A DNA stretch of 63,593 nt, filler included, from Octopus bimaculoides (taxonomy: Eukaryota), in assembly GCF_001194135.2 (NCBI RefSeq). It is 4 parts of 4 records of this genome, joined end to end, with 100 filler letters (N's around TTAATTAATTAA, not from the genome) between each part and the next. Parts side by side here need not be neighbours in the genome. Positions count along the whole stretch, not along the records: positions 53,692 to 63,593 come from NC_068984.1; 3 more parts are not named here. One strand, given 5' to 3'. Each line of letters opens with the position of its first letter. The first letter of the stretch is position 1. Of this stretch, positions 53,692-63,593 are shown in pieces. A program made the position numbers and the translations under genes. The notes under the pieces are model-generated. The model did not search any database. It worked only from the letters and a program-made list of their open reading frames with translations, and had not been told where the DNA came from.

Positions 53692-53859
53692 CTGGAAATG
53701 TGCCACACAGGGCAGATTTCCGTCGCAAAAAACTTGCACCAGAGAGTCTACAAGTTGTTATACAACTTTCTATATAAAATAAACTTTACAAACAAACTTT
53801 TTAAAACATGAAAAAGGCAAAACTTACGGAGCCGACACGTCTACCGTCTGTCCATAGAT

Positions 53860-53865
53860 AGATAA

Positions 53866-53942
<77 letters not shown>

Positions 53943-53990
53943 ATGACTGACTGACTGACTGACTGAATGAATGATTGATTGATTGATAAA
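53860..53990. repeat. Tetranucleotide array shifting GATA>GACA>GACT>GAAT>GATT
   Basis: Direct. Confidence 0.9.
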
Positions 53991-54445
53991 TAAGATTTAA
54001 TTAAATAGATGCTTATATAACACCATATTTTTCTTACATTACGTTAATTCAGTGTTAAATAGCGATTTGAAAAATTCATTGGAATATTTGCACACTTGTT
54101 AAAAATTATTTCCAGGAACTTTTCTTTGTCTCAACAATGCTCTGTGGAATAGTATTTAAGACTATTTCATACTAGAATACTAGGTCAATTGCTCTTCAAA
54201 CAAAACAAAAAAATTATTTTAATCTTTCACTCATTTATCGATTACTATCATTGAATTCCATCTGCAAGGCGGACCGCTACCAATGTGTTTCACCCGATTG
54301 TAAATCTATCCAATTTAGGATACAACATAGGAAATAGCATGAAAAACAACATCAACAGATCTGGACTAGGGAATCGTTGCAGCATCTAGCAAAAATAATT
54401 TGTGATATTTCATTATGATATGGTTATAGAATGTCATAATAAACC

Positions 54446-55051
54446 TTAAAAAGTATGGGACTAGCATTGTTGTTCAAAAATATTAGAATCGCTATATTCT
54501 GTACATTGTGTAGTATCTTAAGACGAAAAGAGATTCATGTGTGAATTACGATGTCACGATAATTATTAAACCGAGTTCTTAATATAAAAATTTGATACTG
54601 TACAAAATATCTTCGAATAAGTAAATTCCTTATAACACTCTTCATACCATGATAATAAAAAAAAAAAACTGAATTTATGAGGAAGTCGAATCTATATAAC
54701 AGCGAAAGTACGAAACCGAAATAAGCAACGGTAATTCGCCTTATGATACACATATTAATGGAATAGTTACACGAATTAAACAAATTACGAAATAATTTTT
54801 GATTGATTACCTGTAAATTTATTAAAAAAATATCATTCAAAGATTGAATGATTGCGTAAAGATGACATTAGTGCTTGTACACAATTGCTTTGTTAAAATT
54901 GAGTATACGATAATTTACCTTAATTAATTTTTAATATATCTTAATTTCGCTGAACTAAACAAATTGCTTGTGATCAAAAGATGCCACAAAATGTACAACA
55001 TATAGGGATTCCAATATTTTTGAGCAACAATGCTAGTCCCATACTTTTTAA
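54446..55051. mobile_element. MITE with ~70-bp TIRs flanked by TTAA (Kolobok-like; piggyBac less likely)
   Basis: TTAA|AAAGTATGGGACTAGCATTGTTGTTCAAAAATATT... at 54446 is the inverted copy of ...AATATTTTTGAGCAACAATGCTAGTCCCATACTTT|TTAA ending at 55051; no coding capacity. Confidence 0.8.
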
Positions 55052-55143
55052 GTGGGAGAATATAGAAAAAATAACAACAGACGAGGACAGGTGGTGTAAA
55101 TAACAAAAGTATATATTAGTATGACGCTCGGGAATACGGAAAG

Positions 55144-55180
55144 TCTTTGACGTTTCGAGCTACGCTCTTCAACAGAAAGA
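55144..55180 (-). ncRNA. Minimal type I hammerhead-like motif (family 3, GUC site, core mutation A6>U)
   Basis: TCTTT-CTGTTGA-A-GAGC(GTA)GCTC-GAAA-CGTC-AAAGA; stems I and II are perfect, but the core has CTGTTGA instead of CTGANGA. Confidence 0.65.
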
Positions 55181-55462
55181 ATACGGAGACAAGGAGAAAA
55201 ACACGGAGAAAGAAAATTGAATAGTGTTCAGTCAACGGTCAATCATGACCCTTTTGAGAGTGCACATTTTTCAATTCTAGTTTCGTACTCTTTAAGGCAA
55301 CGCTTGTAATATTTAAAATATTTACCGCATGTGACCTAATGGTGCGACAGCTAATGGGTATACGTCTGTGTGTGTGTGCGCGCGCGCTACTTCTTGTGTG
55401 TGTGAGTGTGTGCATGTGTGTGTGTGCGTGCTCGTTCTTGTGTGTGCGAATGTGTGTGTGTG

Positions 55463-55525
55463 GCTGAACCCAGAACCATGTGGTTGGGGCACAAATTTCT
55501 TACCACATAGCCACGCCTGCTCCGA
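55463..55525 (-). mobile_element. SINE family A, head only
   Basis: CTGAACCCAGAACCATGTGG...CTTACCACATAGCCACGCCT. Confidence 0.75.
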
Positions 55526-56577
55526 TGTTAAAAACGAATTTTAATTTCTTTTTAATCAAATCGGTATAAGTTCTGAATATATAATAACCGTTAACTGAAC
55601 AAGCTTTCCAGGGCAGTGCAATTAAAAGTAGGAAGAGGTACTTAGTTATTGTAGTTGCTGGAAGGCGGCAAGCTGGTAGAATCTTTATTACGTGAGACAA
55701 AATGCATGACAGCATTCTTCTTGCTTTTAGTTCTGTTTTCAAATTCCTCCGAAGTCAACTTCGCCTTTTATTCTATGGGTGTCGATAAAATAAGTGCCTT
55801 GCACTAATAATAGAATAGATTATTTTGTTGGAGGTAATTTTTTATATTGAATCGCTTGATAGAGCTAGCAAAATTTTTCCAGCTGCTAATATCTATCGTT
55901 CGACGGAAAATGAGAAGATGTTAAATTTACGAATTCTTTTGCGATATTTGTTCTCACATTGAAAGTGACATTTCGATTATACTTCAAGATAATTCTAGTT
56001 GTCTTCCTTCGTCTTGCTGTGTATATCGAGTTACTCTGAACATTCACTATAACCCAAATAGTCGTTATAATAATGAGAGGCAGCCAAAATATTTTCTTTC
56101 GAGAAGAGTAAAATGAATCTCCTGCTAATATTAGAAGCTACAATTCACAGAATGGACAAATAACTGGAACTGATATTGATATAAAAATAACTTTCCATTA
56201 AATCTTTAGTAAGGGCCGAATTTATTCTTGTCTACGTTTAAAGTCATATAGTAAAGATTAATTACTCTCAGATTGGTATTATTAACTGCGATTCTTAAAC
56301 ATATTATTAAACACATTCGCGAAATCTTTTCTAAATATATCTAATTTTCCGCTATACATACTGCGCGCTATTCAGAGCTGGATGTCTCATAAAGGTTTTC
56401 CTTCAAGGTAAGAATTTTATTTTATTTCATCTTATTCTAGAAAGCTTGTCTAGCTATTGAAATATTCAAATATTTTATTTCCATATTGCTTTTCAAAAAG
56501 ATCTCTATTGTGAGTGAGAAAGTGTGTGTGTGTGTTTGTGTGTGTGTGCGTGTGTGTGTGTGTTTGTGTGTGTGTGC

Positions 56578-56624
<47 letters not shown>

Positions 56625-56628
56625 CGTG

Positions 56629-56660
<32 letters not shown>

Positions 56661-58129
56661 TGTGTGCGTTTTGCCGATGCCTATTGATATATCGGCTATG
56701 GATAAAAACACCGGCTTGAAGGAAAGAAAACAGTACTTTACGAACGCTAGCGATGAGACATGTTCGTTCTACATCAGGATACAGACATTTGCTTGTCACT
56801 ATCGCTATCAGAAATGCAGTGGATAATGAATAGTTCGTAGAAAACCTGTAACCAATACCTCTATTGTGCACAAACTATTATAGAACGTAAACAAATATAA
56901 TACCACCGAGTTAAAATTATCTTTCATCGTTCCAGAAACGATAAAATATATACCAATCAAGTTTTGCAGTCGACTTATACGATATTGATTTTTCTCAAAT
57001 ATATAGTCCTACACCTGTATTGAAATCCACTCATCATTATTGTCATGAGAATTAAGTTGATGAATTGGAAGAAACATTAGGAATAGAATAGAATATAATA
57101 TCTGACTGCATTATGTTCTCACTCGAGCCAGCGAGGTATCCACAATGTGGCCAATCAGTCGACTAGAAATGTCTGCTAAATCTTTCTCATATCACTCCCT
57201 AACGTCTTACATAAGGAAAGGAAACATGTCATACATAGCACTAAAAGCATGATGTTTACAGATAGATCCATTTGAACATACGTCTAATCCGGTAGACCTT
57301 GGGGTAGATAACAATTATGGAGTTTTTACCCTATTACTCAGCCTACTAGAAATATCGGCTGGATCTTCCAAATTGTATTCTACCAGATGTCGTTCCTATT
57401 CTTTCTCAAAAAGGGATGCCATGCTACGTGCATGCGAAAATTATACGTCTGTATGAATAAGATTAGAATATATTTGTAATATTTTACACTTTCACGGTTG
57501 ACTTTGGAACTAAATAATGATAAAACAACAAAACTTAGGGCGTATATCCCTTACAACAGTTTATGGGCACCACAGAGATGCTCATGTCACTTTCAGATTA
57601 ATATTGTTGTGGATATAACTTGAATGGACTGGATAAGTGAAGCAATACAGCTAGTCAAAGTTTTCGCTATACCTTTATGATACGTATCACAAATTATATT
57701 CTGAAGGAAAGAAGGAAATATAGTTAGTTTCATTGTGGGGAAGAAAAGACATTGATACAATAAACATTGCTGCAATAAGAATCTCCAATGTGGTTAGATT
57801 GAACGGTCTTGTGTCGAGGTGAGATAGTTGTAATACGGCACTTGGTGTTGAGCCAACAACTTGCTCTTGGGCACCATTAAAGGAGTTCACTCTCTCTCTT
57901 ACGCATTCGGCCTGGATCTCGTGAGTTATTTTATCCTCTTTAGCCCCATTTAGTCTGTGAGTTCTTGTAAGTAGGCATGAGAACTGTCCTTTTACCATTA
58001 GAATATTTAAAAATAAAAAAAATTAATGTTGTCTGCATAGCTCTGTAGGCAGGTCCTCTGCCTCGTAATCTTCGTTTCATGAATTTACGTCCATTTGTGG
58101 TTGCAAATATTTTTACAAGATGGTGGGTT

Positions 58130-58260
58130 GGTAGAGTCGCTAGAACGTCGGTTGAAATTCTGTGAGGTTTTTTTTCTGAAACTTACTGATTTTATTGTAA
58201 ATCCCAGCAAGGTAAACTTTATCTTTCACCAATCCGGGGAATATAAATTATTTACCACTC
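58130..58260 (+). mobile_element. SINE family B, very degenerate
   Basis: GGTGGGTTGGTAGAGTCGCTAG head and AACTTTATCTTTCACCAATCCGGGG core resemble family B. Confidence 0.45.
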
Positions 58261-58589
58261 TTGGGAAATTGACTGGTGACAGAATTAAAGCATAGAACAG
58301 GATGTTTTGTGGTATTTCTTAAAGCTCTTTGAATCCAAAATTCGACTAATATTTGGGCAAATTTAAAGGAACTACCTTCGCTGCAAGCATTTCCGCCGCG
58401 CATCTGGTCTCTGGCTTGAGGATACATAGCTCCCTTTTTTCCACCAATCACAGAGACCCAGTAAAATAGCCTTACTCGGGCTTATTAGTACGACAGACTG
58501 GCTTCATGATAGACAATTTTTCCACGGACAGTGCTACCATGCGCATTACAGAACACAATAATGTGCATAATATATCATTTAATTATCAC

Positions 58590-58621
<32 letters not shown>

Positions 58622-59201
58622 GTACATGAATTAAAAGCACCCTGTTGAATACGATAAGCAATAAAAGAGAAATACAATTTTGAAATTCATTCTTTCTGAG
58701 CGGCCTGGTGTTTGGGGACGCCTGTACTAAAACATCATGACAGCGAATTAATGCGACACGAAACAATCGATGAGAATTAGGAAATGTCAGAATGTGAAAG
58801 AAATCAATTAATATTAGTCCTGAAACATATCTTCTCATTCAGATGAAATATGGTGAGATCAAATAATCTAAATGTGGTTGTGCTATAATAACACTTTATT
58901 TACTAGTTCAGTTTAGTAATTGCTTGCATGTTGTTCTGCATGAATAGCATTCCAATATTATTACAGACGTTCGGTATATTTTTTTCACTGGTCAACAAAG
59001 AATGGCAATATTTGAGGTTTAATTACGGCAGTCATGTATGTGCCAGATTATCAGCTTGTCGCAAAATATGTGTTAACAGCTAATTCCATCAATAAAGAAC
59101 TTTCAAACGAATTGTTTGAAAAGATAAGATATACGAATAATTAAACGTATTTAATATATAGTATATATAATGTGTAATACAATATATTACGTTAATACTA
59201 T

Positions 59202-59640
59202 AAAGCAGCGAGCTCGAAGAATAGTATGTACGCGAGGCAAATACATAGCGGTATTTCATCTGCTTTTACGTTCTAAGTTCATATTGTGACGAGTTCGTCT
59301 TTCCCTTTTATCCTTTTAGGGTCGATAAAATGTGTACCGTTGAGCACTGGGGTCGATGTAATCGACTTACCCGCCACCAACACCGAAATTGCTAGCCATG
59401 TGCCAAAATTTGAAAGCTATATTACAAGGCGTAATCTAGCAGAATAATTATTATGCAGGACAATGTATTTAGCGGCAATTTGTCTTTACATTCAAATTCC
59501 ACTGAGGTAGACTTTGCTTTTCATCCCTTCGGGGTCGATTCAATAAGTACCAGTTGAGCACTGGGGTCGATGTAATCGATTTACACCAACCCCAACAAAA
59601 TTGCTGGCCTTGTGCCAAACTTTGAAATTTATATATTAGT
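59202..59640 (+). mobile_element. Head-to-tail tandem dimer of SINE family B
   Basis: Two copies (59202-59422 and 59425-59640), each with GGGTCGAT..AAT..GTACC.GTTGAGCACTGGGGTCGATGTAATCGA and TGTGCCAAA.TTTGAAA. Confidence 0.88.
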
Positions 59641-59654
59641 ATTGCAGTACATAT

Positions 59655-59855
59655 CTCGTTGTCTGGCTGACCGTTGGGTCACCATTGATGACTTTTTGAA
59701 CAGATACCTCCACCACCTCTATCTTCTGACTCTCGCACTGCGTCTCGCGTCTTTAGGCCTGTCCACTCACAGATGTTGTTTTCCCACTTCTTTCTCTGTC
59801 TGCTACCTTTGACTGTTCCCCGAAGGATTGTTTTGGCCATCCCTGATGAGCGTGT
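59655..59855 (-). mobile_element. RTE-clade LINE 3' fragment
   Basis: Minus strand RSSGMAKTILRGTVKGSRQRKKWENNICEWTGL, typical of the RTE C-terminus (AKTILQGTV.G.R..GRQ.KRW.DNI.EWTG). Confidence 0.85.
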
Positions 59856-59945
59856 CGCATATTAGTAATAGCAATATATATTGCATTAGACATTATTTAC
59901 ATTATTTACAATTGACGGATATTTGTCCTGATCTTGTTTGTTGTT

Positions 59946-59991
59946 AACACAACGTTTCGGCTGATATACCCTCCAACCTTCATCAGGTGTC
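59946..59991 (-). ncRNA. Minimal type I hammerhead (family 2)
   Basis: GACAC-CTGATGA-A-GGTTG(loop)CAGCC-GAAA-CGTT-GTGTT on the minus strand. Confidence 0.75.
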
Positions 59992-60054
59992 TTGGGGGAA
60001 ATTTCGAATCTGGGTTCTCATTCCTAAGGTATTTTTCGATGTTGTGGTTGTTGC

Positions 60055-60134
<80 letters not shown>

Positions 60135-60214
60135 TCACTGCCTGGAATCGAATTCGGAATCTTGGGGTTGCTCTTAACAACAACAAAAATAACAACAACA
60201 ACAACAACAACACC

Positions 60215-60275
<61 letters not shown>

Positions 60276-60337
60276 GTATAATAATGACATCGAAAAATAC
60301 CTTAGGAACGAGAACCCAGGTTCGAAATTTCCTCCAT

Positions 60338-60383
60338 GACACCTGATGAAGGCTGGAGGGTGTATCAGCCGAAACGTTGTGTT
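60338..60383 (+). ncRNA. Minimal type I hammerhead (family 2), best-preserved copy
   Basis: GACAC-CTGATGA-A-GGCTG(GAGGGTGTAT)CAGCC-GAAA-CGTT-GTGTT. Confidence 0.78.
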
Positions 60384-60868
60384 AACAACAAACAAGATGA
60401 CAAATTGTCAATTGTAAATAATGTAAATAATGTACATAATTCCTCATCTCTTAAAAATAGAACAGCATATTGTATTAGTATTGCATATTTTTCATTGAGG
60501 GACGAGATTTATTTAAAGCAGATGTTCTAAATGAAAAACTGAACACAGAATATTCATTTAAACAGAAATCAAAAACAAACATAATGTATAATTTCAACTT
60601 GAGAGTTGCTTTTATGCTTGAGAGTCGTTATTCCTCTTTCTAAACACTGACAGGCGAGAAAACATGAAACTAAAACTTGTGAAGAAATCATGCCGAGTGC
60701 CAAGTTTGCAATGAAACAACACCTTGCAATCGTGAAGCCAAAATAATACAACCTAAAAAGGAAATTTATAGTCATTACAGTACACATAATAGCGTTTTAA
60801 AATATATGCGTCAGACAGGCTTTCACACAATTTTCCCCCTAATTAACCTCTCAGACGCACACACACGA

Positions 60869-60905
<37 letters not shown>

Positions 60906-61005
60906 NNNNNNNNNNNNNNNNNNNNNNNNNNNNNNNNNNNNNNNNNNNNNNNNNNNNNNNNNNNNNNNNNNNNNNNNNNNNNNNNNNNNNNNNNNNNNNN
61001 NNNNN

Positions 61006-61039
<34 letters not shown>

Positions 61040-61484
61040 ATATTGTTTTGTTAGTTCGAAGTTTCTAAGGCATTTCCATTTAGGGCAAAGAAATCAATAT
61101 TTCAACAGTAGAGTTTTATGTTATGTTGTTTGATTAGTCACTAGTTTACTACAGCTTTAATCCTATTTCCTTCTTTGCCAATTATGTAAACGACGAAGTC
61201 AATAAGTGATAAATATATTTTTTTATGAGAAAACATATAAATGTATGTGTGTGTGAGTGTGTATGTTTGGGTACGTGTTGGTGTGAGCCTGTATTTGTCT
61301 GTGTGTGTGTGTGTATGTGTTTGGTGGATGTGTATATATCACCGACATGCATTTATTAATCGTGTACTTCTGTCTCTATGTAACTGGACATACATAAGTT
61401 GACTCATACATATTTATTCATGTATTAGGCGGAGATTCTTCAACACGCAGACATACATATACACATACATATTATAGACAGATC

Positions 61485-61520
<36 letters not shown>

Positions 61521-61614
61521 TACGGGTAGTCATGATGGGTATAGTGTCACATGATAGGTATACTGTGTCATTTTGATAACATGCACTACTCTCTCAGTCA
61601 ACAACATTAACAAC

Positions 61615-61755
61615 TTTGTGCAAAACCAAATATATGGCACCCTAGTTTTAATACCAACTTGAACTTCTAACTTGTTTTCTCTTGAGGTCTCTGGGTAAGA
61701 CTTGAAGTCAACTTGTACAAATACAAAGCAAAAGTCAAACATATAATAATAATAC
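61615..61755 (+). mobile_element. Solo 3' UTR of the 41197-41640 R4/Dong family
   Basis: GAACTTCTAACTTGTT.TCTCTTGAGGTCTCTGGGT.AGACTTG...CAACTTGTACAAAT.CAAA.CAAAAGTCAAACAT plus ATAATAAT, nearly identical to 41485-41570. Confidence 0.88.
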
Positions 61756-61885
61756 TTTCTACTATAAGCACAAAGCTTGGCTTTTTGTCGGGAGGGTCGA
61801 TCACATCGACCCCAGTACTTGACTGATAATTTATCGACACCGAAATGATGAAAAGCAAAGTCGACCTCGGCAGAATTTGAAACTG
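61756..61885 (-). mobile_element. SINE family B fragment
   Basis: ATCGACCCCAGTAC...TTTATCGAC...GATGAAAAGCAAAGTCGACCTCGGCAGAATTTGAA. Confidence 0.8.
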
Positions 61886-63593
61886 AATGATAAATTTCAA
61901 TTATCTCTCTCTCTCTCTCTATCTTTCTTGTGTTCGTGGTTCTGAGAGTTATTATGATCTAATTCCGTTATGGGTAAAACTCTATACGCCAAAACCTATA
62001 CACCAAAACGATGCACAAAATATTCGGGGTAAAATAAAACCCTATTGGATAGAAAAATCGAAGGCTGACCATGCAGCATGAACCCACATCTACTGTAGAT
62101 CTAACCGACATTCTACCACTAGACCAAAGCAATTTTTTATGACATCAGCAACAAACAATTCACGCTAACAAGCAAGAATAAAGTTTCTAAAATGGACAGA
62201 GGTTTGCGTTCGTCAATTAGTAAAACGCTTTTCATCTACACAGAAGATGTGGGTTCGAACTTCACAGTTACCCTTAAATTTTTCTCCCTATCCATAAGGG
62301 TTTTATTTTCCAACCCAACAATTACATGCTTTGATCTACAGTTTTATATCTTCTTTGAGAACCACCGTTTTAAATCAATTATTTCACGTAACCTCGAAAG
62401 TATATAAATTCCTGTGACGTCAACAATATAAACGTAATGTCTTTTCTTACCTAATGGTGGCAACGGTGTACTTAATTAGAAGGATATGTGTTACTAAATC
62501 TCAGTGCACTAGCTATACATGTGATGCCTTCGCTCGCTTGGCGGTAGCAGACGATGTATCTAATTAAAACGTTGTGCGTTATTAAATCCCACTGCTCAAA
62601 TATTCTTGAATACAAAATGAGTTTTAATGCAACTGGAAAACGATGCTTAAAAGATTGGCTTTTATGAAGTTAATGTTTCAATTAGTACAACGATTTAAAA
62701 AAAATTCAAGAGATTACTAAACATTTCTGCTGATAACTTTAAGATCGGTAGTTAACGAATAGCTTGTAGCGAAATTTCTTCAACTTTCTGGCATTTGCAT
62801 AATCTGACAGCTGCATAAGCCTTTAATTTAATTTGCGTTTAAGTGTAATGCATTAACTTAGACATATTTTGCAAGAAGTTGAGAGCTAATCAAATTCTTC
62901 TTTTTTCCAGTCTGAACTAGGTGTAGCATTGTTATAAATAAGGGGATATTTCGTAGATTTTAATCTTGTTACTGGTCACCAGATTCTGAGAATAACTTTA
63001 TACAAGCTTGTTACAGGCGTAAAGTAACATAGAATATGGGAGACTTTTCCTCCAGCAACAACAGAGTCTATTATAGGAAAGTAAATCAATATACAGCAAG
63101 AACAGTATTCCTATTGGGTACACTTCTGTTCGTTCGCAAACTTTTAAACTAACATCAAATGTATACACATACATAAACGTGAGTTTATATACACAAACAC
63201 ACGAACAGAAACACAGAAACGCACTCATACATACACGTATATTTTATGTGTGAGTGTATATAAATGTGTGGGCATAAGTATATTAGCGTATTTCAGCATG
63301 TGTATGAGCTCTTCATTCCTACAAAGGTTTATTGGATTTAGCATCTCTCTTTTCTCGTAATTCGTGCTTCAAACCAGTAACCACACTCCCATAGATGCAA
63401 CAGAGTGCTATAATCTGGTATAGTTCTCATGAAAATCGAATATCAAATCCATCAGAAATCTGGCCCCAACTATATCTACAACATTTGACGCCGGAGATTT
63501 CTGGTGTCTTCAATATAAACACACACACGGTAATGTTTGTATGCATTAGGAAATAAATGTACATAAGTACGTAGCTACATATGTATATATATA

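Larger units (their letters stand above)
59889..60463. mobile_element. Second inverted pair of tRNA/hammerhead PLE terminal repeats
   Basis: Minus arm 59889-60178 (includes the 3' half of the tRNA-like head at 60131-60178); plus arm ~60179-60463 ends CCTCATCTCTTAAAAATAGAAC. Confidence 0.88.

Overview
AT-rich, microsatellite-saturated, gap-rich animal genomic DNA. The SINE families present point to an octopod cephalopod, probably Octopus (inference from recall, not a database hit). No host protein-coding gene, rRNA, authentic tRNA or CRISPR array can be supported, and nearly all ORFs in the supplied track are microsatellite or N-gap artefacts. The window is intergenic or intronic and built from mobile-element debris: at least seven fragments of RLE-encoding (R4/Dong-like) non-LTR retrotransposons, a decayed Tc1-like transposase, an RTE 3' fragment, a TTAA-flanked MITE, about 20 tRNA-derived SINE copies from about four families, and Penelope-like element (PLE) pieces. 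The main discovery is seven minimal type I hammerhead-ribozyme motifs from three unrelated families (1083-1130; five copies at 37636, 37977, 52394, 59946 and 60338; 55144-55180). The five-copy family sits in a module of tRNA-derived Pol III promoter, variable (AAT/AAC)n spacer, hammerhead and fixed 3' end. This module is the terminal repeat of an RT-deleted GIY-YIG Penelope element and also occurs as solo inverted pairs.
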